64,000 nucleotides of DNA from Candidatus Eiseniibacteriota bacterium (GCA_963707915.1 OY970178.1:3040001-3104000), one strand, 5' to 3'; shown: positions 27,981 through 38,716, counted from the first letter of the stretch. Made by a program: numbers and translations. Notes: a model not told the origin generated them from the sequence alone.

Positions 27981-30014
27981 ATGCACCAGTCGATCCGTTC
28001 CGCGGGGACCGGTCCCACGCCGCCGCGCTCGTTCCGCCCGTCGCTCCCTCCGCGGGCGGCCGCCCGCGCGGCGGTCGCGCTCTCCGCGCTGGCGTGGTCG
28101 GCGCTCGCCGCGACGCCGGCGCTCGCCGTCAAGCTGGCGACCTGGAACCTCACCCAGTACCCCTCCGTGCAGCTCGCCGCCCGGCAGCCCTACTTCCGCC
28201 AGGCGATCGCGGCGTTGGACCCGGACGTCATCGCGGTGCAGGAGCTGGGCTCCGCGGCCGGTCGCGACTCGTTCCTCACCAACGTCCTCAACGTGGCCCA
28301 GCCGGGGCAATGGTCGGGCACGGCCTACTTCAGCACCTGCGAGAGCGCCGTGTTCTACAAGCCGGCGAAGATCACGCTCACGTTCGCCGGGACCGCGATC
28401 AGCACCGGCGGACCCCGGTCCGTGCTCGGCGTGCGCCTGCGGCTGGCGGGCTACACCACGAAGCCGGCGGAGATCCGGCTCTACGTGGTCCACTTCAAGG
28501 CCGGGGCCGCCCCCGCCGACGCCACCACTCGCGAGCTCGAATGCACGAACCTGCGCGCCAACCTGGACGCGGCGACCACGGCGGTGACGCCCAACTTCCT
28601 GGTCTGCGGGGACACGAACTTCTACGGGGCCGACGAGGGCGGCTACCTCCGGCTCACCGAGAGCACGGCCGACAACGACGGCCGGGGCCGGGACCCGCTG
28701 TCCATGCCCGGGACCTGGCACGACGTGGCCGGCTACGCCTCCAAGCACACGCAGTCGCCCTGCTCCTCGGCGCTCTACGGCTCCTTCGCGGGCGGCGGCC
28801 TGGACGATCGCTTCGACCTGTTCCTGACCTCGTACGCGCTGGCGGACGGCGCGGGGATGGACCTGGTCCCCGGCGGCTACGTCGCGTTCGGCAACGACGG
28901 CGCGCACTTCAACCAGAGCGTGATCGAGGGTGGGGTCAACTACGCCGTGGGCATCGACGTCGCCAGCGCGCTGTACTACGCCTCCGACCACCTGCCGGTG
29001 ATGATCACGCTGCAGGCGCCGTCGAGGATCCTGGCCGCCTCGCGCCTCGATTTCGGTGCGGTGATCGTCGGCGCCTCCGCCGAGCAGCCGTTCACCGTGA
29101 CGAACGGGGCGGCGGTGCCGGCGGACGTGCTCCGCTACTCGCTGGCGGCCCCCGCGGGGTTCGCGGCCCCCGCCGACACGTTCACCGCGGCCGCGGGCGC
29201 GGCCGGCAACGACCACGCCATCGCCATGGACGCCACCGCGCCCGGCGCGAAGAGCGGCGTGCTGACCGTCGCCAGCAACGCTCCGGACTCCCTGACGAAG
29301 TCGACGCAGCTCACCGGCACGGTGCTGGCCCACGCCGTGGCGTCGCTCGATTCGGCGAGCGTCACCACCGCGACCGTCCTCGACTTCGGCACGCAGGCCC
29401 ACGGCGCCTTCGCCGACCTGCCGGTGCGGGTGCACAACGCCGGGTGGAACGCGTTGCAGGCGAAGCTCGAGGCGACCGGCGGGGTCATCACCGGCGGGGC
29501 CGGCCGGTTCTCGATCGTGGGCGGGTTCGAGGCGGCCGAGATCGCGGGCGTCGGGCACACCTGGGACGTGCGCTTCGACGACGCCGACGCGGCGCCGGAT
29601 TCGCTCTACGAGGCCACGCTGGTCGTCTCCGGCGCCGACGAGCCGCTGCCCGGTGCGGCGGCCGCGTCGGACCTGGTCGTGACGCTGCGCGCGCGGGTGC
29701 TGTCGGGCGGCGCGGAAGTGCTCCCCCGGCTGCCGGAGCGGATCGCCTTCCTGCCCCCCAGCCCGAACCCGTTCCGCGGCACCACGCTGCTGCGCTTCGA
29801 CCTGCCGCAGGAGGCCCACGTCTCGCTCGAGTTGTTCGACCTCTCGGGACGGCGCGTGACCACCATCCTGCAGGGGGTCCAGCCGGCGGGCCGGAACTCG
29901 GTGCAGTTGGGCCCGCTGGCCGGCGGTGCCGGGGCGCTCCGGGCCGGGCTCTACTTCGTGAGCTTCCGCACCGGCGGCTTCAGCCAGACCCGGCGGCTCG
30001 TGCGGGTGCCGTGA
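27981..30014 (+). CDS. Secreted endonuclease/exonuclease/phosphatase (EEP) protein with Ig-like domains and a T9SS/FlgD-type C-terminal sorting domain
   Basis: Signal peptide ending ALA. EEP catalytic motifs ATWNL, QEL, VHFKAG, GDTN, DRFD, ASDHLPV; two LDFG-type Ig repeats; CTD PNPFR...FDLSGRRV...GLYFV. Confidence 0.85.
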   Translation: MHQSIRSAGTGPTPPRSFRPSLPPRAAARAAVALSALAWSALAATPALAVKLATWNLTQYPSVQLAARQPYFRQAIAALDPDVIAVQELGSAAGRDSFLTNVLNVAQPGQWSGTAYFSTCESAVFYKPAKITLTFAGTAISTGGPRSVLGVRLRLAGYTTKPAEIRLYVVHFKAGAAPADATTRELECTNLRANLDAATTAVTPNFLVCGDTNFYGADEGGYLRLTESTADNDGRGRDPLSMPGTWHDVAGYASKHTQSPCSSALYGSFAGGGLDDRFDLFLTSYALADGAGMDLVPGGYVAFGNDGAHFNQSVIEGGVNYAVGIDVASALYYASDHLPVMITLQAPSRILAASRLDFGAVIVGASAEQPFTVTNGAAVPADVLRYSLAAPAGFAAPADTFTAAAGAAGNDHAIAMDATAPGAKSGVLTVASNAPDSLTKSTQLTGTVLAHAVASLDSASVTTATVLDFGTQAHGAFADLPVRVHNAGWNALQAKLEATGGVITGGAGRFSIVGGFEAAEIAGVGHTWDVRFDDADAAPDSLYEATLVVSGADEPLPGAAAASDLVVTLRARVLSGGAEVLPRLPERIAFLPPSPNPFRGTTLLRFDLPQEAHVSLELFDLSGRRVTTILQGVQPAGRNSVQLGPLAGGAGALRAGLYFVSFRTGGFSQTRRLVRVP

Positions 30015-30081
30015 CGCCGATGGAACCGCGCGCGGCCGCACGCGATGGGACGGCCGCGCGCCGGAAGCGCGGGAGCTCACG

Positions 30082-30111
30082 TTGACAACTTCCTGCCGCT
30101 CGCGCTAGGGT
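30082..30111 (+). promoter_or_regulatory. Sigma70-type promoter of the TBDR-PorV operon (TTGACA-N18-TAGGGT)
   Basis: Consensus -35; the TTG start lies 9 nt after the -10. Confidence 0.6.
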
Positions 30112-30120
30112 GCCCGGACT

Positions 30121-32964
30121 TTGACTAGACGAACTCACCATCGGCCCGCGTTCGTTCCCGCCCTCCTGTCCCTGTTCCTCGCGCTGTTCGCGTCTTCCGC
30201 GCACGCGCAGGGGAAGGGCAGCATCTCCGGCCGCGTCGTCGACCAGAAGACGAACCACGCCATCCCGTTCGCCAACGTGGCCCTGGTCGGGGCCCAGCGC
30301 GGCGGGCTCACCGACTCCGAAGGACAGTTCCTGATCACCGGCGTGCCGCCCGGGACGTACGAGGTGGCGGTGCGCTTCCTCGGCTACCGCCCCGCGAGCC
30401 GGACCGGCGTGGCCGTCACGGCCGGCAAGTCCGTGGTCCTCAACTTCGAGCTCTCGGAGATCGTGGTGCAGGAGGTGAAGACGGTCGAGGTGACCGCCGA
30501 GCGCCGCCTGGTCGAGGTCAAGCAGGGCACCACGGTCCGCACCACCACCGCCAGCGAGATCCGCAACCTGCCGGTCCAGACCATCGGGGACGTGCTGCAG
30601 CGGCAGGCCGGCATCACCACCAACGGCGACCAGATCCACATCCGCGGCGGGCGCGCCGACGAGACCGTGTTCGTCATCAACGGCGTCACCAACCGCGACC
30701 TCGTGACCGGCCAGTCCACCGCCGGCCAGATCAACGCGCGCTCGGTGGCCGAAGTGAACGTCGCCACCGGCGCCTACGACGTGAAGTACGGGAACGCGCT
30801 CTCCGGCGTGGTCGAGGTCAAGCTCAAGGAAGGCGGGGACGTGATCACCGGCGGCATCACCACCACCGGCGGCAGCTACGGCGGCCGCGCGGTCCAGCTG
30901 GTGGTCGGCGGACCCGATCCGCTCTGGAGCCCGGTGCTGCGCGGCCTCGGCGTGCCGGGCAAGGTGACGTCGATCCTCGACGTCTCGTGCAGCCTCTACG
31001 ACACGCGCTACCGCTACCTGAGCCCGGTGAAGAACGACTTCTACTCGAACACCATCAAGCCGGTCTTCGAGCCCACCGCGCCCTACCGGCTCAAGTCGAG
31101 CTACGAGGACAGCTTCTTCGGCCATCGGTTCGGCTACGGGGACATGTTCTCGCCCTCCGCGGACAACCGCTGGGCGCTGCGCTACGGCCTGACCTGGAAG
31201 CCGAACAACCGGGACAAGTGGTCGATGGACTTCTCGAAGCGCATCGCGCTCGACCAGGGCTTCAGCCGCACGTTCATCACCGCCACCGGCGACCAGGGCG
31301 ATCCGACCTACCCGTGGCAGTGGGCGCACCGGATCGACCACGCGCCGACGATCTTCGAGGACAACGTCCAGAGCTCGGTGTCCTGGCGGCGGTCGCTGGC
31401 CGCGACCGGCTTCACGGAGTTCCAGTTCTCCCGCTACTTCTCGGCCCAGCGCCAGGACGTGATGGGCAAGATGTGGTGGGACTTCGAGGCCGACACCTGC
31501 CTGTACACGCAGCCGGACGACCTCTCCTACTTCGACTCCACCGACGTGCGCCGCAGCGACTACTTCATCGACACCGGCGACGCCAATGTCTGGGCGGACC
31601 GCCGCACGACGACCTACCAGCTCCAGGGCAACTACCTGCAGCGCTTCAAGCGCCACGAGCTGGAGCTGGGCTTCGACCACCAGGCCCAGTCGGTCCAGTA
31701 CGCGACCATCAGCGACCCCTGGATCGAGGACCAGAACCGCCTGGGCCAGTCCCACGACGTGTGGGCGGTGCATCCCTGGGTGGGGAACCTCTACCTGCGC
31801 GACCGCCTCGACTACGAGGGGTTCACCGGCAACGTCGGCATCCGCGCCGACTACTGGTTCCTGGGCCGCGAGGCCGAATCCGCGATCGCCGATCCGACGA
31901 ACCCGAACCTGACGCCCGAGACCCGGGAGAAGTTCTACGACCAGACCCGCTCGTTCTTCGGCCGGCGCTACAAGCTGAAGCTGTCGCCCCGCGTGATCGT
32001 GGCCCACCCGATCACCCAGAACAGCAGCTTCTTCTTCAACTACGGGCAGTTCACGCAGAACCCCTCATACCGCTACGTCTACTCCCGGCTCACCTCGATC
32101 TCGAGCGAGTCGTTCCCGCTGCTGGGCAACCCCAATCTCAACCCGCAGGTCTCGGTCAACTACGAACTCGGCGCCAAGCACATGTTCCTGCCCACCGCCG
32201 CCGCCAACCTGACCTTCTTCGTGAAGGACACCTACGACTACCCGACCGCGACGCTGTTCACCGGCGGCGAGGCCGCCGCGGGGCAGTCCCCGACGCCGGT
32301 CTTCGTCTACCTGAACGGCCACTTCGCCCGCTCGCGCGGGTTCGAGCTCGAGATCGAGAAGCGGCGCAGCCACTACTGGTCGGGCAAGATCATCTACACC
32401 TACCAGCAGACCAAGGGGAAGAGCAGCGACGCCAACGAGCAGAAGGTCGTCCAGGAGAACGGCGGGAACGCCTCCGACACCCGCCTCTCCGAGACCTTCG
32501 TTTCCTGGAACCGGCCCCACAAGCTCGCGGTGGTGTTCGACGCGCGCTTCGACAAGACGGCCCCGCTGGCCTGGATCAAGGAGAGCGGGATCAACATCTA
32601 CGTCCAGGGCGCCTCCGGGCGGGCCTACACGCCGCAGAACCCGCTCACCAGCCAGGCGGGCGAGCCCAACTCGAAGAACGGGCCCTTCCAGGTCACCACC
32701 GACCTGCGCCTGAACCGGTCAGTGCGCGTGCTCTCGAAGCGGCTCGACTTCAGCGTGGTCGGGATCAACATCTTCAGCACCCACATCATCAACCGCATCG
32801 ACCCCGTGACCGGCAAGGGCCGGGTCTGGGGCGTGGGCTCGTACGACCCGCTCCTCTACCCGATGACGAGGGGCAACTACTACCTCAAGACTTCCGCCGT
32901 CGACGATCCGTCCAACTACGGCGACGGCGTCCAGTGGAGATTCTCGCTCGACTATGACTTCTGA
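30121..32964 (+). CDS. TonB-dependent receptor with an N-terminal carboxypeptidase-regulatory-like domain
   Basis: Signal peptide, GSISGRVVD..TDSEGQF..VPPGTY, plug IHIRGGR..ETVFVING, YGNALSGVV, LGNPNLNPQ..NYELG, C-terminal F (LDYDF). Confidence 0.93.
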   Translation: MTRRTHHRPAFVPALLSLFLALFASSAHAQGKGSISGRVVDQKTNHAIPFANVALVGAQRGGLTDSEGQFLITGVPPGTYEVAVRFLGYRPASRTGVAVTAGKSVVLNFELSEIVVQEVKTVEVTAERRLVEVKQGTTVRTTTASEIRNLPVQTIGDVLQRQAGITTNGDQIHIRGGRADETVFVINGVTNRDLVTGQSTAGQINARSVAEVNVATGAYDVKYGNALSGVVEVKLKEGGDVITGGITTTGGSYGGRAVQLVVGGPDPLWSPVLRGLGVPGKVTSILDVSCSLYDTRYRYLSPVKNDFYSNTIKPVFEPTAPYRLKSSYEDSFFGHRFGYGDMFSPSADNRWALRYGLTWKPNNRDKWSMDFSKRIALDQGFSRTFITATGDQGDPTYPWQWAHRIDHAPTIFEDNVQSSVSWRRSLAATGFTEFQFSRYFSAQRQDVMGKMWWDFEADTCLYTQPDDLSYFDSTDVRRSDYFIDTGDANVWADRRTTTYQLQGNYLQRFKRHELELGFDHQAQSVQYATISDPWIEDQNRLGQSHDVWAVHPWVGNLYLRDRLDYEGFTGNVGIRADYWFLGREAESAIADPTNPNLTPETREKFYDQTRSFFGRRYKLKLSPRVIVAHPITQNSSFFFNYGQFTQNPSYRYVYSRLTSISSESFPLLGNPNLNPQVSVNYELGAKHMFLPTAAANLTFFVKDTYDYPTATLFTGGEAAAGQSPTPVFVYLNGHFARSRGFELEIEKRRSHYWSGKIIYTYQQTKGKSSDANEQKVVQENGGNASDTRLSETFVSWNRPHKLAVVFDARFDKTAPLAWIKESGINIYVQGASGRAYTPQNPLTSQAGEPNSKNGPFQVTTDLRLNRSVRVLSKRLDFSVVGINIFSTHIINRIDPVTGKGRVWGVGSYDPLLYPMTRGNYYLKTSAVDDPSNYGDGVQWRFSLDYDF

Positions 32965-33961
32965 CCTGAGAAGAGCCGCCTCGGCGATGGCACTGGCGGG
33001 CCTCCTGCTCAGCGCAGGGGTCGCCCACGCGCAGTTCGACCTGGGCAGCCAGCGTGCCGGCACGTCGTCGGGAGCGTTCCTGAAGATCGGCGTCGGGGCG
33101 CGTGCCGTCGGCATGGGCGAGGCGTTCGTCGCGGTGGCGAACGACCCGTCGACCATCGCCTGGAACCCGGCCGGGCTCGCGTCGATCCTCCGCAAGGAGG
33201 TGCAGTTCTCGCACGTGGCGTGGCCGGCCGACATCAACTACGACATGCTCATCTGCGTGCTGCCGTCGCGCCGCCTCGGCGGCTCGGTCGCCTTCCAGGT
33301 GGGCATGCTCGGGACCCGGATCGACGAGACCGACGAGTACCACCCGTTCGGCACCGGGACCACCTTCTCGTACAGCGACTTCGTGGTGGGAGCGGCCTAC
33401 GGGCGGCGCTGGACCGACAAGCTCCTCATCGGCGCGGGCATCAAGTACGTGCGCGAGGACCTCGGCTCGCAGGTCGGCGGCCCGGTCACGACCTCCACCC
33501 TGGTGGACCTCGGCTCGATCTACTACCTCGGCTACGGCAGCGTGCGGATCGCGACCTCGCTCAGCAACTTCGGGGCGGAGATGACCCCGTCGGGCTCGTA
33601 CACCTCGCCCTACTCGCAGGAGAAGCGCAACTACGACGGCTTCGACCCGCCCATCCAGTTCCGCTACGGGCTCGCGTTCGAGGCGCTTGAGACGCCGCAG
33701 CAGCGGCTCACGGTCTCGACCGAGATCCTGCAGCCCGCCGACAACTCCCAGCGCATCAAGACCGGGCTCGAGTGGGTCTGGCAGCGGCGCTACGCGCTCC
33801 GCACCGGATACAACTTCAACGCCGACGTCATGAAGTTCTCCGCCGGGCTCGGGCTCTCGCTGCCGTTGATGGGCGTGTCGCAGGGCGCGTTCGACTACAC
33901 CTTCACCGACGGCGGCCCGCTGGGCAGCGTGCACCGCATGTCGCTGGGACTGAGGTTCTGA
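32954..33961 (+). CDS. PorV/PorQ-family (FadL-like) outer-membrane beta-barrel
   Basis: FLKIGVGARAVGMGEAFVAVANDPSTIAWNPAGLA signature; ends HRMSLGLRF. Confidence 0.9.
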   Translation: MTSDLRRAASAMALAGLLLSAGVAHAQFDLGSQRAGTSSGAFLKIGVGARAVGMGEAFVAVANDPSTIAWNPAGLASILRKEVQFSHVAWPADINYDMLICVLPSRRLGGSVAFQVGMLGTRIDETDEYHPFGTGTTFSYSDFVVGAAYGRRWTDKLLIGAGIKYVREDLGSQVGGPVTTSTLVDLGSIYYLGYGSVRIATSLSNFGAEMTPSGSYTSPYSQEKRNYDGFDPPIQFRYGLAFEALETPQQRLTVSTEILQPADNSQRIKTGLEWVWQRRYALRTGYNFNADVMKFSAGLGLSLPLMGVSQGAFDYTFTDGGPLGSVHRMSLGLRF

Positions 33962-35175
33962 TGGGCGCCCGCGCACGCATCCGGCCGGTCCTCGTCCTGC
34001 TCGCGGCGGCCGCCCTCGCGGTCCTCGCCGGCGGCTGCGGCACGTCGTACCGGCTGCCCACCGAGGTCCGCGGGACCGCCAACACCGCGGGGCAGGGCAC
34101 CTACCAGCGCATCGCCACCTGGCGGAACATGGTGGACGTCCAGGACGTGCTGCTCACCCCGGGCGGCGAGTTGTTCATGGTGTTCCAGAACGCCTCGACC
34201 GGGCGCGGCGAGGTGCGCCAGTATCCGCAATCGAGTCCGACGCCGCTCTCGGCGAATTTCCCCGGGTTGCTCAATCCCACCGCCATCTGTTCCGGCGGCA
34301 ACCGGATCTTCGTGCTCGACCAGGGGGACAGCAGCGCTGCGCGCACGCTGTTCACCGGCGGCGACAGCACCCAGTACATCTCCGAGTACGACGCGGACGT
34401 GAACCGGCTCCTCATGCCCCTGAACGGGTTCCGGCGCCCGATCGCGAACCTCGCGTCCTACTGGCACGTGCGCGAGTACCTGCTCGACGGGACCCCGGTC
34501 AGCAGCTTCAGCGACACGAATTTCGCGTGGGTCAGCGGGATCGCCGCCGACGACCAGGGACGCGTGTACGTCTCGGGCATCATCCACTACGGTCGCATCG
34601 ACCCGTACAGCAGCATCGTCCGCACGCTCGAATACCGCTACCGCATCCGGCGCTACGAGCGGGGGACCGGTGACCGCTTCGTCGTCACGGACCTGGGCGC
34701 GATCCCGGGGAACGACCTGACGTCATGGCGACGCGACGCGACCTACGTGCTGCTCGACGGCAGCGGATTCGGCTCGTCGAAGGACCCGCGCGGGATGCAG
34801 TGGGCCGCGCCGCAGGGGCCGGCGCTCTACTTCGCCGACCTGGGGAACAACCAGGTGCAGCGTTTCGGCGATCCGATCGGCGGCCCCTCATCGTTCAAAC
34901 TCGATATCGGCGGCGCGGGCCCCGACAGCATGCTGCTCTCGGCCCCGACCGACGTGGCCGTGGACTCCGCGGGCTACGTCTACGTGGCCGATGCCGGGAA
35001 CCTGCGGGTGTTGCGTTACGACTCCGACGGCCGGTTCGTGCAGCGCGTGGACTGGAACGTGGGAGAGGTCCGGGACCCGCTGAGCCGCCCGGTGGCGGTC
35101 GCGGCGGACAACCGGCAGGTGTACATCGCCGATCGTGGTGCCGGCCAGGTGCTGCGTTTCCGGAGGCGGGATTGA
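33961..35175 (+). CDS. Lipoprotein with NHL/beta-propeller repeats
   Basis: TGATG overlap. Lipobox LAGGC; NHL repeats PTDVAVDSAGYVYVADAGNLRV and PVAVAADNRQVYIADRG. Confidence 0.8.
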   Translation: MGARARIRPVLVLLAAAALAVLAGGCGTSYRLPTEVRGTANTAGQGTYQRIATWRNMVDVQDVLLTPGGELFMVFQNASTGRGEVRQYPQSSPTPLSANFPGLLNPTAICSGGNRIFVLDQGDSSAARTLFTGGDSTQYISEYDADVNRLLMPLNGFRRPIANLASYWHVREYLLDGTPVSSFSDTNFAWVSGIAADDQGRVYVSGIIHYGRIDPYSSIVRTLEYRYRIRRYERGTGDRFVVTDLGAIPGNDLTSWRRDATYVLLDGSGFGSSKDPRGMQWAAPQGPALYFADLGNNQVQRFGDPIGGPSSFKLDIGGAGPDSMLLSAPTDVAVDSAGYVYVADAGNLRVLRYDSDGRFVQRVDWNVGEVRDPLSRPVAVAADNRQVYIADRGAGQVLRFRRRD

Positions 35176-37199
35176 GAAGGTACCTGAGTCTGGTGGCGGT
35201 CCTGTTACTCTGGGCTGGTGTGGCAGCGGCGGCCTCCCCGATCGATCATGAGGCCGTGCCGACCGGCATCGCCGCGCCCGCGCGCGACATCCCCGACACC
35301 GCCCGGTTCGACCAGGAGATCCAGGCCGGCAACGCGATCGCGATGACCCTGACCAACTACGGGTTCTACGGCAACAACTTCTTCCGCCGTGACGCGTCCT
35401 TGGAGTACCCGGCCAACCGCGGCTACGAGCACCTGGTGCGCGGCGGTCTCTGGGTCGGCGGGCAGGCCACCGACCAGTTCGGCGAATTCGTCGGCGTGAC
35501 CTGCGGCGCCCAGGACGCGGCCCAGGGGCCCAACAGCACCAACGCGAGCGAGTTCACGCCGGCCGGGCTGGACATCCTCAAGCGTTCCACCCTGCGCACC
35601 AGCCAGTACTACGATCCGCTGCGGGCGGTGAGCGAGTTGGATTTCGTCGCCAAGTTCAACGACTTCGCGCCCGTCCAGGTGGCCGACGCGGAGCGCCACC
35701 GCCCCATGAGCATCGAAGTCGTCCAGGAAACCTACCAGTGGAACTTCGCGGAGTTCGCGAACATCCTCTTCGTGCACCTCAAGGTGACCAACCGCGGACC
35801 GCTGCTCAAGAACCTGTGGGTCGGCATCTACACGGAGTTGGCGAGCGGTTGCAAGAAGTGCTACGTGAACTGGCCGCCGGGCGCGAGCGATGCGAGCGGC
35901 CTGGGCTCCTGGTACGACAAGAAGTGGATCGCCTTCGACGACTCGCTGTCGCTCCTGCGCGAGCATTACTGCCAGATGTTCTCCCAGCCGCCCACCCCGC
36001 CGACCGACGGCTGCCGTCTCGACATCGCGCCCTACTGGATCGGCGTCAAGTACCTGGGCACCCGCGGCCTGGTCGAGGACACCACCACCCGCCGGATCTC
36101 GTTCTCGGCGTGGAGTTGGACCGTTGGCAGCCCGTTCCGCGACGAGGACACCGAGCGCTACGCGCTCATGAGCACCGGGCTCATCCAGCCGACCAACGGG
36201 GACACCCTGCTGCCCGTCAGCGGTGACCCCGTCGAGATCTTCTCGACCGGGCCGTTCCCGCTGGTCTACCGTGACAGCACGGTCGAAGCGGACTTCGCCT
36301 TCGTCGGCGGGCCGGACCCGGTGACCAACCTCCAGCTCAACGCGAAGTTCGCCCAGTTCGCTTACGACAACCACTACGTCCTGCCGGTCCCGCCGCCCTC
36401 GCCGCGCTTCCGGGTCGTCGCGCGCGACACCGCGCTCGACTTCTACTGGGACAACGAGTCGGAGAACGCGTACGACGTGACCAGCCAGCCGCCCAACGAC
36501 TTCGAGGGGTACAGGCTGTACGTCGGCGAGGACCCGGACACCATGGCGATGGTCGCCCAGTTCGACGTCAAGGGCGACACCGCGAGTTTCAACACCGGGT
36601 TCGACGCGGTGAAGCTGACGACCCCGGTGCAGATCGACTCGGTGACCGCCCGGTACAAGTTCACCGTCAGCGGGCTGCGGAACGGGTTCAAGTATTACGC
36701 CGCCGTGACCGCCTTCGACCTCGGGAACGCCACGATCCGCTCGCTCGAGAGCGGCAAGTCCCAGAACCAGCGCATCGCCGTGCCGGGACCGCAGGCCGGC
36801 GAGCGCGCCGACGACGTGCCGACGGTGTTCCCGAATCCCTACCGGGTCGAGGCCCGCTGGGACCAGGGGCGGAACGTGCGCGACCACTACCTGTGGTTCG
36901 CGAACCTGCCCGAGAAGTGCACGATCCGGATCTACACGCTCGCCGGCGACCTGCTCATCGAGAAGGAGTTCGACGGCACCACCTACCACGGCGAGGGGAC
37001 CCGCGGCGTCTACGACCCCGCCACCTCGCTCGGCAAGCCGACGCTCTCGGGCGCGACGTTCGGCTGGGACCTGATCACGCGGCAGGGGCAGGCCATCGCG
37101 ACCGGGCTCTACATGTACTCGGTGGAGGACCACGGGCCCGGCAAGAAGCGCCACGTCGGCAAGTTCCTGGTGATCAAGTCCGACCGGGAGGGGCAGTAG
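35172..37199 (+). CDS. Secreted protein with an FN3-like domain and a T9SS-like C-terminal domain
   Basis: TTG overlaps the preceding stop. Signal peptide; TNYG...HL..GGLWVG; DFEGYRLY, NGFKYYAAVTAFD; CTD VFPNPY...IYTLAGD...WDL...ATGLY...GKFLVIK. Confidence 0.78.
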   Translation: MRRYLSLVAVLLLWAGVAAAASPIDHEAVPTGIAAPARDIPDTARFDQEIQAGNAIAMTLTNYGFYGNNFFRRDASLEYPANRGYEHLVRGGLWVGGQATDQFGEFVGVTCGAQDAAQGPNSTNASEFTPAGLDILKRSTLRTSQYYDPLRAVSELDFVAKFNDFAPVQVADAERHRPMSIEVVQETYQWNFAEFANILFVHLKVTNRGPLLKNLWVGIYTELASGCKKCYVNWPPGASDASGLGSWYDKKWIAFDDSLSLLREHYCQMFSQPPTPPTDGCRLDIAPYWIGVKYLGTRGLVEDTTTRRISFSAWSWTVGSPFRDEDTERYALMSTGLIQPTNGDTLLPVSGDPVEIFSTGPFPLVYRDSTVEADFAFVGGPDPVTNLQLNAKFAQFAYDNHYVLPVPPPSPRFRVVARDTALDFYWDNESENAYDVTSQPPNDFEGYRLYVGEDPDTMAMVAQFDVKGDTASFNTGFDAVKLTTPVQIDSVTARYKFTVSGLRNGFKYYAAVTAFDLGNATIRSLESGKSQNQRIAVPGPQAGERADDVPTVFPNPYRVEARWDQGRNVRDHYLWFANLPEKCTIRIYTLAGDLLIEKEFDGTTYHGEGTRGVYDPATSLGKPTLSGATFGWDLITRQGQAIATGLYMYSVEDHGPGKKRHVGKFLVIKSDREGQ

Positions 37200-37201
37200 C
37201 C

Positions 37202-38716
37202 ATGCGCGCGCGCGGGATCCTGGCTGCGATGATCGTGGTCGCCGCGGCCGTCGGCCTGCTGGCCGGCTGCTCGAAGAAGCTGCGCCCGATCCAGAACATC
37301 CCCCCCGAGACCTACGTCTTCATCCAGGGGCCGGTCGACACCGTGAACCACCGGGTGCACCTGTACTGGTACGGCACCGACGCCGACGGCAACGTCGCCT
37401 CCTACGAGTTCCGCTGGGTCTACCCGCTGCCGGCCTCGCAGGACCCCGCGTGGGTCGAGATCAAGCCCGATGGCGGCGCGCTGCGCACCGACTCGATGTT
37501 CACGATGGTCACCGGCGGCGGCCCGGGGGACAGCGTGGTCGTGGTGATGCCGCGCTTCGAGATCCGGGCGGTCGACAACGAGGGCGCGCGCGACCCGGAC
37601 CCCGCGGTGGAGACGTTCGGCCTCAGGAACCGGCCCCCGGTGGTGCGGATCCTCAACCCGCTGGGCACCCGGGACTCGACCTACGCCTCCGCCACCGTGA
37701 GCTGGGAGACCACCGACCTGGACGGCGGCGGGCCGGGCCTCCACTACCGGGTCTGGCTGGACGGCAACGAGGCGTCGTACGACTCGACGACCGACCAGAC
37801 CTACACCGTGCCGAGTTCCTTGTTCATCCAGGACGGCTCGTACCGGTCCGGCATTCGCACGCTCTACGTGCAGGCCGTGGACGACGGAGGCTTCCGCGGC
37901 GCGCCGGCGGTGATGACCTGGTACGTGCGTTCTCCGGGGGCGAATCCCGAGAACAACCAGGGCCGGCTGCTCGTCATCGACGACGTGCCGAGCAACGGGG
38001 CGAACAACTCGGCGCTCGACTCGCTCTACCGGAACGTCGCCAGCCTGCTCCCGGCCGGCACCTACGACGTGCTGCGGCCGCAGTTCAATCCCAACATCTT
38101 CCGCAGCGGACGCGACGTCGCCCAGACCTTCCGCCAGTTCAAGGCGGTGCTCTGGTACCGCGGCCTCGAGATCTCGGTCGCGCCGCTGATCCGGACCTAC
38201 CAGGACAGCATCGGCGGCTACCTGGACGCGGGGGGGAACCTCTACCTGGACGGCCTCTACCTGGTCCAGGGCCTGCTCACTCCGGGCGCCCTGCGCGAGG
38301 ACTTCCTCAGCCGCCACATGGGCGACACCCGGTTCCTCAATTGTTACGCCCAGATCGGCGCCGGGGCCTTCGACTCGACGGCGGGTTGGGGCACGCGCGC
38401 CGGGTACTTCCGGTCCTCGCGCTACGCCGAGGTGTTCCGCTCGATCTCGACCTCCGCCAAGATGTCGGACTCGACCGGAGGCGTCCGGGGGTTCGTCGTC
38501 AGCGACACCAGCAACGTGGCGCTCTGGGGGATGGAGAACACGATGGCCCCCCCCAACCGCGGCTTCGAAGTGGCTGTCGGGGTTGCTTTTGACCAGCCCG
38601 GTGGCGGCCGCCTGGCCATGCTGACCGTGCCGGTCCGGATGGCCCCCGTGCCGCAGGCCTCGAACATCCTGCGTCGCATTCTGCACGAGTTCGGGATCGG
38701 CGTCCCGCTGCCCTGA
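37202..38716 (+). CDS. Lipoprotein of unknown function with Ig-like repeats
   Basis: Lipobox LLAGC; NIPPET..HLYWYGTDADG, FEIRAVDNEGARD, YVQAVDDGG. Confidence 0.78.
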   Translation: MRARGILAAMIVVAAAVGLLAGCSKKLRPIQNIPPETYVFIQGPVDTVNHRVHLYWYGTDADGNVASYEFRWVYPLPASQDPAWVEIKPDGGALRTDSMFTMVTGGGPGDSVVVVMPRFEIRAVDNEGARDPDPAVETFGLRNRPPVVRILNPLGTRDSTYASATVSWETTDLDGGGPGLHYRVWLDGNEASYDSTTDQTYTVPSSLFIQDGSYRSGIRTLYVQAVDDGGFRGAPAVMTWYVRSPGANPENNQGRLLVIDDVPSNGANNSALDSLYRNVASLLPAGTYDVLRPQFNPNIFRSGRDVAQTFRQFKAVLWYRGLEISVAPLIRTYQDSIGGYLDAGGNLYLDGLYLVQGLLTPGALREDFLSRHMGDTRFLNCYAQIGAGAFDSTAGWGTRAGYFRSSRYAEVFRSISTSAKMSDSTGGVRGFVVSDTSNVALWGMENTMAPPNRGFEVAVGVAFDQPGGGRLAMLTVPVRMAPVPQASNILRRILHEFGIGVPLP

